Positions 33,942 through 44,488 are shown, counted from the stretch's first letter. The stretch: DNA of 64,000 nt from Cyanophyceae cyanobacterium (GCA_038321985.1 JBBQFN010000015.1:1-64000); one strand, 5' to 3'. A program made the numbers and translations. Notes: generated from the letters alone by a model not told the origin.

Positions 33942-35798
33942 CTACAATAATGAAGTCATCAACAGACCCAAAATCGCAACGCCAATGAGAATGGTCAAAA
34001 CGTAGAGTTGAGACCCCCCAGGAACGGTATATTTTAAACTTTGTCCACTGAACACCGTGGCTAAACCCACTAAATTCACCAGTCCATCCACAAAGTAGCG
34101 GTCTATCCAAGCGGTGAATCGGGAGAACTGTTCTACGGCTAAAACCACGGTGACTCGATACAATTTATCGATATAAAAGTCATAGGCAAATAGGTCTTGT
34201 ACCCACTTCCAGGGGAGTTGCACGGGTTCGGTGCGGTTGGGGTTGAGATAAATCACTCCCCCTACAATACAGCCGACAATGCCCGAGAGCACCACCAAGG
34301 GCAAATCGAAGACTGCCGGATCCGGCCCGTTTCTGGCCCAAGGCCCTGCCCAACTCAGCAAGAGTTGCCAATGTTGGAGCATCAGGGGGATAAGCAGGGT
34401 AACAATGGTTAAGCTAACCATGGGCACCGCCATCGGCCAGGGAACTTCCGGTGCACGGCGAGTTTTGGGTTGCGGTTGACCGAGGAAGACCAGGCAGAAG
34501 ACTCGGGTTAAATTGAGGGCAGTTAAGCCGTTAAATACGATCAGGAGTATCAACAGCCACCAGGGGACGCTCCAAAATCCATTGACCCAGCGTTCCATTG
34601 CCCAAAAGTTCCCCAAGGGGATGAGAGCGATCGTTCCGGCACTGCCGACGACAAAGGCGATGGTGGTGGCGGGCATTTTTGACCACAATCCGCCCATTTC
34701 CGTGATGTTTTGGTTGTTAGTGGTCAGGATGACGGAACCAATGCTGATAAAGAGCAGGGCTTTGGCGATCGCATGAGTGAGTAGCAATAACAGCGCTACA
34801 TCAACGTGCTGCATCCCCACGGCGATAAAGACCAGCCCTAGAACGGCGCTGGTAGAGTGGGAGAGGGTTCGTTTAATATCAATTTGGGCGATCGCCACTA
34901 ACGAAGCCCCGATCGCTGTCACCGTCCCCACCACGATTAAAGCGGTTGTCGCAAGGGGGGAGAGGGACACCACCGGGGAAAGTTTAATCAGCACATAAGC
35001 GCCGCAACTCACCACCAGAGAATTTCGCAATAACGAGGCCGGATTAGGACCTTCCATCGCCTCATCTAACCACAGATGCAAGGGGAATTGAGCACATTTC
35101 CCAATGGGACCCGCGATTAATGTCAATCCCAGGAAGTTGGCAACCATGGGGGAAAGTTGGGCGGTTTCGGCCCAGATTTCGATATCGGCAAAGTTAAAGC
35201 TACCGGCTAAAGTGCCGACACTCACCACCCCCATCAGCAATAAGATATCTCCCACCCGTTTAGTTAAAAAGGCATCTCGTGCTGCGGTGACGACTAAGGG
35301 TTGGGCGTACCAGAATCCTACAATCAAGTACGTGGAAAGGGTCAGCATTTCCAGTAAGGCGTAACTCAAAAATAAGGAGTTACTAATGGCTAGACCACTC
35401 ATGGCCGCTTCAAAAAATCCCATTAAGCCAAAAAAACGGGCTAAAGACCAGTCTTTTTCCATGTAGCCGAGGGCGTAGATTTGAGAGAGCAGACTCAAGC
35501 CGGTGATGAGCTCCATTGCTCCGGTACTCATTTGGGAGATTTCCAGGACGAAAGAGAGGTCTAAATCCCCGGTACTGAGCCAATTAATCACCATTATTTG
35601 GGGTCCGTGACCCCAAGTGGTTCTGAATAAGAATCCCCCATGAATGAAGGCTACGATGGTTGCTAACAGGTTGATGTAAGCACCGGGTCTCGGTCCCGTG
35701 CGGCGCACGATTGCCGATGACCAGGGTAGAGTGATGATCGCTCCGAGTAAGCTATATAAAGGAACGTACCAACTCGTTTGGACGAGCAACTGATTCAT
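33942..35798 (-). CDS. ndhF4: NDH-1 subunit NdhF4
   Basis: RRTGPRPGAY, YMEKDWSLARF, ARDAFLTKRVGD, KCAQFPLHLWLDEAMEGPNP, TRRAPEV. Confidence 0.92.
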   Translation of the reverse strand: MNQLLVQTSWYVPLYSLLGAIITLPWSSAIVRRTGPRPGAYINLLATIVAFIHGGFLFRTTWGHGPQIMVINWLSTGDLDLSFVLEISQMSTGAMELITGLSLLSQIYALGYMEKDWSLARFFGLMGFFEAAMSGLAISNSLFLSYALLEMLTLSTYLIVGFWYAQPLVVTAARDAFLTKRVGDILLLMGVVSVGTLAGSFNFADIEIWAETAQLSPMVANFLGLTLIAGPIGKCAQFPLHLWLDEAMEGPNPASLLRNSLVVSCGAYVLIKLSPVVSLSPLATTALIVVGTVTAIGASLVAIAQIDIKRTLSHSTSAVLGLVFIAVGMQHVDVALLLLLTHAIAKALLFISIGSVILTTNNQNITEMGGLWSKMPATTIAFVVGSAGTIALIPLGNFWAMERWVNGFWSVPWWLLILLIVFNGLTALNLTRVFCLVFLGQPQPKTRRAPEVPWPMAVPMVSLTIVTLLIPLMLQHWQLLLSWAGPWARNGPDPAVFDLPLVVLSGIVGCIVGGVIYLNPNRTEPVQLPWKWVQDLFAYDFYIDKLYRVTVVLAVEQFSRFTAWIDRYFVDGLVNLVGLATVFSGQSLKYTVPGGSQLYVLTILIGVAILGLLMTSLL

Positions 35799-36578
35799 GC
35801 CAATAATCCTTGATATCCAGCGATTAAATTAAACGTGCAACTGTCTTTTTCTAATTATTTTTTATTAGAAAAAGAGGTGGTAAAGGCAGATCTATTAATG
35901 TTTCGATCTGTGAGTTTTTCGAGGGGATTTTACCAGCTAAATGTCGGCCTGAAATAGCAGAACCGATAGAACGATGCGGCTTTTTACAAGCGTAAATTTT
36001 ACCGACTGCTCATTGATCGGTGCGGGTTCAAAGCGCGATCGCGCCCTCTTGTTGCCACGGTTCCCATTGCCAATCCTGGAAGATTTGGGGACAATTCCAG
36101 CCGAATGCTGCACGAACGACTTCGGCCTGGGAAGTCGAGGGTGCGTTTCGTCGATGGAGCAATTTTGGGCTATTTGAGGGCCATGACAAAACCGCTGGGA
36201 TCACCTCTAGGCCATTCTGTTGCTTTCCTCCAGTGCAGGGATCTCCAAGGTCGGTTCGATTCCGACAAGTGGCACTGATCCCCAACGCGATCGCACCCAC
36301 TTGAGCACCTCTGGCCCCGGTCGGTCGAACTCCTTTCCCATTTGAACATTAATTTTATTAATAAAATATTAATTTTCTTTACGGCATTAAATTTTCTAAT
36401 TACTTTTATTTACAAATATGATTATTATTTATATTGTCAAGGGATACAAGATTCACCTATTCTTGATAAAGGAAGAGGATAGCTTTACGATAACTGAAAA
36501 CGGTCGGGAATACCGTAGGCAGAACGATCGCAGCTGAGATTGAATTAAACCGACTCATCCATTCAGGAGACAGAAGAA

Positions 36579-36890
36579 ATGCCTATAGCAGTGGGAATGA
36601 TTGAAACCAGGGGCTTCCCAGCCGTGGTAGAAGCGGCAGACGCGATGGTAAAAGCTGCGCGCGTAACCCTCGTCGGTTACGAAAAAATCGGCAGCGCTCG
36701 CGTGACCGTAATCGTGAGAGGAGATGTGTCGGAAGTGCAAGCCTCCGTCTCGGCTGGGGTAGAATCTGTCAAGCGCGTCAATGGCGGAGAAGTTGTCTCA
36801 ACCCACATCATTGCCCGCCCTCATGAGAACCTAGAATACGTGCTGCCGATCCGGTACACCGAAGCCGTCGAGCAGTTCCGAACGTATTAA
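36579..36890 (+). CDS. ccmK2: Carboxysome shell hexamer CcmK (K2-type)
   Basis: [47 protein letters not shown]; 103 aa. Confidence 0.9.
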   Translation: MPIAVGMIETRGFPAVVEAADAMVKAARVTLVGYEKIGSARVTVIVRGDVSEVQASVSAGVESVKRVNGGEVVSTHIIARPHENLEYVLPIRYTEAVEQFRTY

Positions 36891-36982
36891 CACAAGATTG
36901 GACAAGCGTTCGGACTTGTGCCAAGAAAAAGCGTCATTGACGCCCCAAGCAAATATCAACATTAACGTTGGCAGTAAAATTC

Positions 36983-37294
36983 ATGTCAATTGCAGTTGGA
37001 ATGGTAGAAACCCTAGGGTTTCCCGCAGTCGTAGAAGCAGCAGACGCAATGGTGAAAGCGGCCCGCGTAACCCTTGTGGGATATGAAAAAATCGGCAGCG
37101 GTCGCGTCACCGTAATTGTGCGTGGAGACGTAGCCGAAGTGCAAGCCTCCGTCTCGGCTGGGGTAGAATCGGTCAAGCGGGTCAATGGCGGAGAAGTTAT
37201 CTCCACCCACATTATTGCCCGTCCCCATGAGAACCTAGAATACGTGCTGCCGATCCGGTACACCGAAGCCGTCGAGCAGTTCCGAGGGTATTAA
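36983..37294 (+). CDS. ccmK: Carboxysome shell hexamer CcmK (additional, chimeric K1/K2-like copy)
   Basis: [13 protein letters not shown].. BMC domain, 103 aa from ATG 36983. Confidence 0.92.
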   Translation: MSIAVGMVETLGFPAVVEAADAMVKAARVTLVGYEKIGSGRVTVIVRGDVAEVQASVSAGVESVKRVNGGEVISTHIIARPHENLEYVLPIRYTEAVEQFRGY

Positions 37295-37387
37295 CAAAAT
37301 TCAGGACCCCGGTTCTGAGTTAGACCCAGAAAAAGCGTCATTGACGCATCAAAGCAAACATAAACATAAACGTTGGGAGTCAAATTC

Positions 37388-37723
37388 ATGTCAATTGCAG
37401 TTGGAATGGTAGAAACGCTAGGTTTTCCCGCAGTCGTAGAAGCGGCAGACGCAATGGTAAAAGCAGCCCGCGTCACCTTAGTGGGATATGAAAAAATCGG
37501 CAGCGGTCGCGTCACCGTCATCGTGCGTGGAGACGTATCCGAAGTGCAAGCCTCCGTCGGTGCAGCCGTGGAAAATGTCAGACGAGTGAATGGCGGACAG
37601 GTCTTGTCTACCCACATCATTGCTCGTCCCCATGAGAACCTGGAGTATGTCCTCCCGATTCGCTACACCGAAGCGGTGGAGCAATTCCGGGAAAGCACCA
37701 CAGGGATTCGTTTAAGCCGATAA
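37388..37723 (+). CDS. ccmK1: Carboxysome shell hexamer CcmK (K1-type, C-terminal extension)
   Basis: BMC domain, 111 aa with the extension [10 protein letters not shown]. Confidence 0.88.
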   Translation: MSIAVGMVETLGFPAVVEAADAMVKAARVTLVGYEKIGSGRVTVIVRGDVSEVQASVGAAVENVRRVNGGQVLSTHIIARPHENLEYVLPIRYTEAVEQFRESTTGIRLSR

Positions 37724-37737
37724 ATTGAGTGTAAATC

Positions 37738-38046
37738 ATGCAACTTGCCCAAGTTCGCGGTACCGTCGTCAGTACGCAAAAGGATCCAAATCTGCAAGGA
37801 GTTAAATTACTCCTGTTGCAAATGCTAGATGAGGACGGACAACTCCTAGCCAAATACCAAGTCGCTGCCGATAGTGTAGGGGCCGGTATAGGGGAATGGG
37901 TTCTAGTCACCCTCGGCAGTGCAGCACGTCAGGTTATCCGTAGTGACGAGCGTCCCGTGGACGCAGCAGTCATTGCGATCGTAGACACGGTAAGTGTTGA
38001 AAATCGTATTCTTTACAGCAAGAAAGAAACCGATCGCTTTCGTTAG
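37738..38046 (+). CDS. ccmL: Carboxysome vertex pentamer CcmL
   Basis: MQLAQVRGTVVSTQKD, VAADSVGAG, GSAAR, DAAVIAIVD. Confidence 0.96.
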   Translation: MQLAQVRGTVVSTQKDPNLQGVKLLLLQMLDEDGQLLAKYQVAADSVGAGIGEWVLVTLGSAARQVIRSDERPVDAAVIAIVDTVSVENRILYSKKETDRFR

Positions 38047-38091
38047 TCAGTACAGACAAAACAGATAGACGAAAGCGATCGCATTCGGTGT

Positions 38092-38223
38092 GGAGTCAGG
38101 CGTCAGGAGTCAGAATTTAGGGGCGATTCGCTGTTCTGGTGCGATCAACGGTACAGAGGGAACATTAAGCACTTGTACCCGACGTCAAAACAATTCTGAA
38201 TTCTGAAGTCTGACGCCGATTCT
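38092..38223. repeat. Short tandem (heptamer-like) repeats arranged as an inverted pair in the ccmL-ccmM spacer
   Basis: GGAGTCAGGCGTCAGGAGTCAGAATT ... AATTCTGAATTCTGAAGTCTGACGCC. Confidence 0.6.
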
Positions 38224-38253
38224 AATCGCATTCTTCGAAGGAGAAATTCAGTT

Positions 38254-39921
38254 ATGGTAGTCCGCAGCAAGGCGGCTCCGCCAACGCCTTGGTCACAAAA
38301 CATGGCCGAGCCTCAGATCCACAAAACCGCTTACGTTCATTCCTTTTCTAATATTATTGGGGATGTGCGAATTGGTGCTCACGTCCTGGTTGCACCGGGA
38401 ACGTCAATCCGCGCCGATGAAGGCACCCCTTTTGCGATCGGGGAGAGTTGCAACATCCAAGATGGCGTCGTCATTCACGGACTCGATGAAGGGCGAGTGG
38501 TCGGGGATGACAATAATTCCTATTCCGTGTGGGTGGGCAAAAATTGTTCGATCGCCCACATGGCCTTAATTCACGGTCCCGCCTACGTCGGAGATAGCTG
38601 TTTTATCGGCTTTCGCTCCACGGTTTTTAATGCCAGAGTGGGCAACGGCTGCATCGTGATGATGCACGCCCTGATTCAAGATGTAGAAATTCCCCCGGGT
38701 AAATATGTTCCGTCTGGAGCGATCATTACCAACCAGCAACAGGCCGATCGCTTGCCGAATGTGACAGAGACGGATACCAAATTCGCTACCCATGTCCTCG
38801 GTATCAACGAAGCCTTACGCAGCGGGTATCACTGTGTGGCAGACAGCGCCTGTGTTCTCCAGATCCGCAATGAAACCCCAGGTTCTTCTGTAAGTTCTAA
38901 TGGCAACACTACTAAACAAGAGACTATGACAATAACTCAAGAAGCAATCTCTCAAGTCCGAGATCTCCTAGCTGGTGGGCATCGGATCGGTACTGAGCAC
39001 GTCGATGAGCGGCGCTTCCGCACCGGTTCCTGGCAGAGTTGCGCTCCGATTGAGAGCAAAAATCTCTCGGAAGTTATCTCCTCCTTAGAACAGTGTTTAG
39101 CCGAACATCGCGGCGAATATGTCCGCTTAATTGGCATCGATGCCAAAGCCAAGCGCCGAATCCTCGAAACCATCGTCCAACGCCCCAACGGTCAGGTCTC
39201 TCCTAGCGGTAACGGTAACAAGGCTTATAGCTCAAACAGCGGTAACCGCACCCCCAGCTACAGTGCTTCTAGTGCTTCTAGTGGTTCCACAGGTAGTAAC
39301 GGTCTCCCCTCTGAAGTGGTGGATCAAGTTCATCACATCCTGACTCAAGGATTGCGCCTGGGCACTGAGCACGTTGATGAGCGACGCTTCCGTACCGGAT
39401 CCTGGCAGAGTTGCGCTCCGATCGAGAGCAAGAATGAGTCCCAGGTGATTGCGGAATTAGCCGCTTGCTTGGCCGAACATTCGGGAGAATATGTGCGCTT
39501 AATCGGGATTGACCCGAAAGCCAAACGCCGGGTCGTCGAAACTATCATCCACCGACCCAACGAACCGATCGCCACGAATGGCAACGGAAAAGCATCCTTC
39601 GCAGGGAACAGCTATAGCAGCCATTCTCATAGCACCCCAGCCAATTATGGTGGCTCTAGCAAGCTGGAGAACGGCATCGCTGAACAAGTCCGTCAAATCC
39701 TCAACCAAGGATTCCGCCTAGGTGCCGAACACGTCAGCAAACGGCGTTTCAGCTCCGGATCTTGGGAAAGCTGCGGCCCGATCGATACCCAAAACCCATC
39801 CCAGGCACTGGGGGCGATCGAAGGGTTTATCCGCCAATATCCCGGGGAATACATCCGGGTGATTGGAATTGACCCCAAAGCCAAGCGGCGTGTGGTAGAA
39901 ACGATCGTGCAACGACCCTAG
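38254..39921 (+). CDS. ccmM: Carboxysome protein CcmM: gamma-CA-like domain plus three RbcS-like domains
   Basis: [32 protein letters not shown]; three EHV..RRF..GSW..EYxRxIGID.KAKRR repeats. Confidence 0.97.
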   Translation: MVVRSKAAPPTPWSQNMAEPQIHKTAYVHSFSNIIGDVRIGAHVLVAPGTSIRADEGTPFAIGESCNIQDGVVIHGLDEGRVVGDDNNSYSVWVGKNCSIAHMALIHGPAYVGDSCFIGFRSTVFNARVGNGCIVMMHALIQDVEIPPGKYVPSGAIITNQQQADRLPNVTETDTKFATHVLGINEALRSGYHCVADSACVLQIRNETPGSSVSSNGNTTKQETMTITQEAISQVRDLLAGGHRIGTEHVDERRFRTGSWQSCAPIESKNLSEVISSLEQCLAEHRGEYVRLIGIDAKAKRRILETIVQRPNGQVSPSGNGNKAYSSNSGNRTPSYSASSASSGSTGSNGLPSEVVDQVHHILTQGLRLGTEHVDERRFRTGSWQSCAPIESKNESQVIAELAACLAEHSGEYVRLIGIDPKAKRRVVETIIHRPNEPIATNGNGKASFAGNSYSSHSHSTPANYGGSSKLENGIAEQVRQILNQGFRLGAEHVSKRRFSSGSWESCGPIDTQNPSQALGAIEGFIRQYPGEYIRVIGIDPKAKRRVVETIVQRP

Positions 39922-40153
39922 CCTAAAGGTAAGCCACAGGTGGTGGCTGGAAACCCGGGCGAGTTGAATTGAAGCGAAGCAGCCGTTGCTTTACCGGCCA
40001 ATCCACCTTTCTAGTCAGGGAGAGGCGCGCGCGATCGCGTCTCTATTCCCCCTAAAGTTCGGGTGTCCACCTCCCCTGTGCCAAAACTCCCCAAACCGGG
40101 AACGATAGGAGCGCCCAATCGAGATCGTCCGACCCTTAAAGGTTCCATTTCCC

Positions 40154-40798
40154 ATGTATTTGCCGCCACTGCAACCCAACCGGAATCCCAATATTTATAT
40201 AAGTGGCGATGTCACCATTGATGAACAAGCCGCGATCGCCTCGGGAGTTATTCTCCAGGCATCTCCCGGCACTCGCATCGTGATCGCTGCCGGTGTTTGC
40301 ATTGGGATGGGTTCAATTCTCCAAGCCTGTCAAGGTAATCTGATCGTTGAAGAAGGAGCCGCCCTAGGTGCCGGTGTCTTGGCGATCGGAACGGGCAAAA
40401 TCGGTGCGAATTCTTGTATCGGCAGTGCCTCAACTTTACTCAATCCGGCGGTTGCATCCAATGAAGTCATCCCTCCGGGTTCCGTACTCGGAGATGACAG
40501 TCGTCAGTGGATCGATGTTGAGACAACCGCAGTTGATCCCGGTCCCGAATCCCCTTCGGCTTCTATCCCGATTGCCCCGGATCCGCCAAAACCCCCAGAG
40601 CCTGTCGCTGCATATCAGCCGGAATCTCCGACCCCTGAGCCACCGCCACCGATTCCCAGTAATGGGGCTACACCGGCGGCAGAGCCAGCCGTCCCCGCCT
40701 CTCCCGCTTCAGTTTATGGACAAGCGCACCTCAACCAATTGATGCTAACTTTGTTCCCCCATAAACAAACACCCATCCAACCTACCCCAGAGGATTAG
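40154..40798 (+). CDS. ccmN: Carboxysome protein CcmN
   Basis: Hexapeptide-repeat N-terminus, Pro-rich linker, VYGQAHLNQLMLTLFPH encapsulation peptide. Confidence 0.95.
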   Translation: MYLPPLQPNRNPNIYISGDVTIDEQAAIASGVILQASPGTRIVIAAGVCIGMGSILQACQGNLIVEEGAALGAGVLAIGTGKIGANSCIGSASTLLNPAVASNEVIPPGSVLGDDSRQWIDVETTAVDPGPESPSASIPIAPDPPKPPEPVAAYQPESPTPEPPPPIPSNGATPAAEPAVPASPASVYGQAHLNQLMLTLFPHKQTPIQPTPED

Positions 40799-40832
40799 AT
40801 TTAGTCTCTATTAAATTTTAACAAAAAGTTCC

Positions 40833-40875
40833 AAAAGAATTCCCCATCCCTCTAAAGGAATGGGGAATTCTTTTT
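40833..40875 (+). terminator. Strong (bidirectional-type) hairpin terminator after ccmN
   Basis: AAAAGAATTCCCCAT ... ATGGGGAATTCTTTTT, 15-bp stem. Confidence 0.75.
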
Positions 40876-40889
40876 AACCTCTAAATAAA

Positions 40890-41730
40890 ATCAACCCTAG
40901 GGAGTCCACAGCCCAATAAAATCTATGCTAGAATCCTGCTATCCCTAATACAGGAATTCGTGAATGCTAAAAGAAGTCAAGGTAAGATTGTATTCTACCA
41001 ATCAATACAAAGAATCATTAGCTAAGGCTTTTGGCTCGCTGCGTTGGTGGAATAGATTTTTAGCTTTGACAAATGAAACCTCTAAGCAACCCGCTAGAGG
41101 ACTCTCTCCTGATAACTTTCAAAAGCAATTACCTTTTCTCCATAAGGACGATGAGGGGCTAACAGAAACTTACTCACAATGTCTTCCAGTAGTCTGCCTC
41201 ACTCTTAGTGGTTCATTTATCAACTTTTTTAAAAAACGAGCATCTTTTCGTAGTTTCAAGTCTAAACCGGATAAACAGTCCCGGAGTTATCCCCAAACAT
41301 TAAAAATTCCAGGTGATAGGTTAGTCTTTCCTAAATTAGGAGAGATTTATGCAAAGATTCACCGACCCAGGGGAGGAAATATCAAAACTGTAACTCTCTC
41401 TATAAATAAAGTAAAACAGTATTTTGCTGCTATTTTATTTGAGAGATGTCGTGAAGATTTTCACCCTAAGCTATCCCGCCGGATAGTCAATGAGAACCAA
41501 GTTATAATATGTGAAAATATAAATATTCAGGGAATGATAAAAACCCATTGTCTAGCCCCGTCAATAGTAAAAATATTAAGGATGAAGGACTGGGAATATT
41601 GGCTTCAGGAACTGGAGTTACAGCGTCTTGTCCAGACGTAAGACCTAGTAGGGGAGGACCTCAGAAATCCGCTACTAGGCTATCTGTTGGAGATGAAGCC
41701 CCAGTTTCAACGAAGTAAGGGGTAGTTCAC
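40890..41730 (+). mobile_element. tnpB: Decayed IS200/IS605-family element with a tnpB pseudogene (40964-~41718)
   Basis: MLKEVKVRLY..LAKAFG, FKSK..SYPQ, FPKLGEI..IHRP, IKTVT, EDFH.KLSRRIVNENQVI.CE; RuvC-I/bridge region and zinc finger missing; TnpB C-tail (SKNIKDEGL..) in another frame; right end GAAGCCCC..GGGGTAGTTCAC at 41730; left boundary approximate. Confidence 0.85.
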
Positions 41731-41816
41731 GTGTTACTTTTGAGACAGGTCAAGAAATTGAGAACCGACACCCTCAGCTAATGTGGGACCTCGGTTATGT
41801 TTGAGGGAGAGGCAAG

Positions 41817-42665
41817 ATGGAAAGACGCGATGTAGGATTGGTAAAGCGCGAGCCAAAAACGCGCAGTCACGACCTTCAGGATTTAGCTTTGGGTTTAGTA
41901 TCGACCCAAAGTTTTCCGGCGATCGTTGGCTGTGCGGACATGATGCTCAAATCCGCTGGAGTAATTTTAGTCGGATTTGAAAAAATTGGGGGGGGTCACT
42001 GTACCGCCGTGGTGCGAGGCAAGACGGCGGATGTGCGCTTGGCTGTAGAAGCGGGTGCCGAAACTGCTGAAAAGTTTGGTCAAGTGGTCTCTAAACTGGT
42101 GATACCTCGTCCCTTGGCGAATCTGGAAGCCATATTACCCATCGGTGCGCGTTTGGTCGATTTGGCCCAAGGAAATCAAGGACGTATCAGCCATGAAGCG
42201 ATTGGGCTGTTGGAAACCCGAGGATTTCCGGCGTTGGTGGGTGCAGCAGATGCCATGCTCAAGTCGGCGGATGTTGAGTTAACCGGCTATGAAAAAATTG
42301 GCGACGGGTTATGTACGGTGATTATCCGAGGCTCCGTGGCGAATGTAGTGGTCGCTGTTGAAGCAGGAATGTTTGAGGCAGAACGAATTGGCGAACTGAC
42401 CTCCGTAATGGTGATTCCTAGGCCCCTTGATGACTTGGAACGGGCTCTACCTCTGGCAAGTTGTTATGTTGAAACGGTCCAACCTCTGCAAATGCCGGTT
42501 GTAGTCAAGGAGAAAGAGCCAGAACTGTTAGCGTTGCCCGAGTTGCAGAAGCTGAGTACACCGCAAGAAGTAGAGATTGAACCCCTGGAACCCGTAGAAT
42601 TACAGGAATTACAGGAATTGCAGGAATTCCCAAAACTTGAACTAGAAAACCCCGACTCGGAATAA
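41817..42665 (+). CDS. ccmO: Carboxysome tandem-BMC protein CcmO
   Basis: Two BMC domains (ALGLVSTQSFPAIVG.., AIGLLETRGFPALVGAADAMLKSA), acidic C-tail. Confidence 0.95.
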   Translation: MERRDVGLVKREPKTRSHDLQDLALGLVSTQSFPAIVGCADMMLKSAGVILVGFEKIGGGHCTAVVRGKTADVRLAVEAGAETAEKFGQVVSKLVIPRPLANLEAILPIGARLVDLAQGNQGRISHEAIGLLETRGFPALVGAADAMLKSADVELTGYEKIGDGLCTVIIRGSVANVVVAVEAGMFEAERIGELTSVMVIPRPLDDLERALPLASCYVETVQPLQMPVVVKEKEPELLALPELQKLSTPQEVEIEPLEPVELQELQELQEFPKLELENPDSE

Positions 42666-42776
42666 ATTCAGCACCCGCCCCTCGATAGTCGAGCGGGGAT
42701 GCGATCGCTCACGGGTGGAGTTTGGGTGAAAGGGTCTGGGCGGAGCTAAACCGTTAGGGAAGGATGCTTGAGGACT

Positions 42777-43058
42777 CTAGGATTGAGACTGGCGATCGAG
42801 AATAGCTTCGGCAATCCAGCGAGCGAAAACTTCATCCCCCATTCGAGATAATGCCTCTAGGAGGATGTCTTGAGATTCTTCCGGCGCGTCCTGAGTTAAC
42901 TCTAGGGGTAGCGCTAACAAGGGCATATTCTGGATCAGTTCCAAGAGGTCCTCGCGGATGCGTTTGCGCTTAGTTTCCAGGACCATCACAGTCCGACGAA
43001 TCGATCGCTCGCGGGTGACTTCGAGTAATAAAACATCCTGTTCGTAAAAGTTATTCAT
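42777..43058 (-). CDS. Hypothetical protein
   Basis: 93-aa ORF with AGGAG RBS; helical, no recognised family. Confidence 0.7.
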   Translation of the reverse strand: MNNFYEQDVLLLEVTRERSIRRTVMVLETKRKRIREDLLELIQNMPLLALPLELTQDAPEESQDILLEALSRMGDEVFARWIAEAILDRQSQS

Positions 43059-43627
43059 TAAAAAAACTCCTGTGTGGATATCCCTTGCCCGAATCGGCTT
43101 GCACTTCCCTCTGAAGACCTGCGCGATCGCCTCTTGTGAGCCATCTTAAACGAATTTACCCTGGCATAACTACAGTCCCTGGGTAGGGTTTAAGCCGGAA
43201 TTGTACGTTTACACCATTTTCAACTCCCTGGACCCCCGGTTGCCATCTAAAACTCTAACTAGAGACCCTATATTAGGAACGTTCGGCGGGAAACCTCCGA
43301 TTTTTCCTGGGCCAGTTTGAGAGGAACACCCGTAGTAACTGGGATCTCCTCATTTTTATAAAGACAGCAGCCTTATTGTCCCCCTTCACACTAAGCTGTT
43401 TAGCCTTTAATTTAAGGAGACTAGAACAACTAAAAGCGCCGGCTACAGGACAGGGGGTTGATGTCTTTCCCAGGGGATTTTTCCCTGGTAAATTAAAGGT
43501 AATTTTGCCCAAACTCCGGGCTCTCTGCCTAGAGGATTAGATTCAACATCTATAAAAAGACAGGGGGCAATTCTGGAGAATTAGTTCTATTTATAAAGGG
43601 TAGTTCAAAAAGTTTACAGATAATTGT

Positions 43628-44488
43628 ATGCCGACGCAAGAAAAAGAACGTCCTGCTCAACATCAAAACCAACAACCGGGACTCGAATCCGAAATGAATC
43701 CCGCTCCTAAAGCCCGAGCTTCTGAGTACAAGGGTAGTGGAAAATTAGAAAATAAAGTTGCACTGATCACCGGAGGAGATAGCGGAATTGGTCGTTCGGT
43801 TGCCATTCTGTTTGCCCGAGAAGGAGCGGATGTAGCGATCGTGTATCTCAACGAACATGAAGATGCTAAAAAAACTCAAGAAATGGTAGAAGCTGAAGGG
43901 CGTCGCTGTCTGCCGATCGCCGGAGATATTGGAGAAAAAAGTTTTTGCGACCAAGTTGTTAAGCAGACGGTCGATGCCTTTGGACATCTGGATATTCTGA
44001 TTAATAATGCTGCCGAACAGCATCCTCAAGAAAATATTGAGGACATCACCCAGGAGCAGTTGGAAAAAACCTTCCGTACCAATATTTTCTCGATGTTTTA
44101 CCTGACTCAAGCGGCAATGCCTCATCTTAAAGAAGGCAGTGCGATCGTCAATACGACCTCAGTAACGGCATATAAGGGGAATGAAACTTTACTGGATTAT
44201 TCCTCGACTAAGGGGGCGATCGTCGCGTTTACACGAGCATTGTCTCAAAAAGTCGTTAGTAAAGGGATTCGTGTTAATGGCGTTGCTCCCGGTCCAATTT
44301 GGACTCCCCTGATTCCCGCCACCTTTTCGGAAGAAAAAGTCGCCACGTTTGGTCAGCAAGTACCGATGAAACGGGCAGGAGAACCAGAGGAAGTTGCGCC
44401 TTCTTATGTTTTCCTAGCCTCGGATGATTCTTCTTATATGACGGGTCAAATTCTGCATCCCAATGGTGGCACGGTTGTTGGAAGTTAA
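43628..44488 (+). CDS. SDR family oxidoreductase, general-stress YdaD/YghA type
   Basis: PAQHQ..PGLESEM.P.P, ALITGGDSGIG, NNAAEQ, YSSTKGAI, VAPGPIWTPLIP. Confidence 0.93.
   Translation: MPTQEKERPAQHQNQQPGLESEMNPAPKARASEYKGSGKLENKVALITGGDSGIGRSVAILFAREGADVAIVYLNEHEDAKKTQEMVEAEGRRCLPIAGDIGEKSFCDQVVKQTVDAFGHLDILINNAAEQHPQENIEDITQEQLEKTFRTNIFSMFYLTQAAMPHLKEGSAIVNTTSVTAYKGNETLLDYSSTKGAIVAFTRALSQKVVSKGIRVNGVAPGPIWTPLIPATFSEEKVATFGQQVPMKRAGEPEEVAPSYVFLASDDSSYMTGQILHPNGGTVVGS

Noticed and set aside
35974..36304. Short overlapping ORFs in the ndhF4-ccmK spacer
   Set aside because: No RBS or motif, mutually overlapping, located in a divergent promoter region
36506..36513. GGGAATAC alternative-sigma-like promoter upstream of ccmK
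   Set aside because: Single short match with no supporting context
40964..41641. Functional TnpB or domesticated TldR-like repressor
   Set aside because: Large parts of the RuvC/bridge region and the zinc finger are deleted and conserved residues are eroded; best read as a pseudogene
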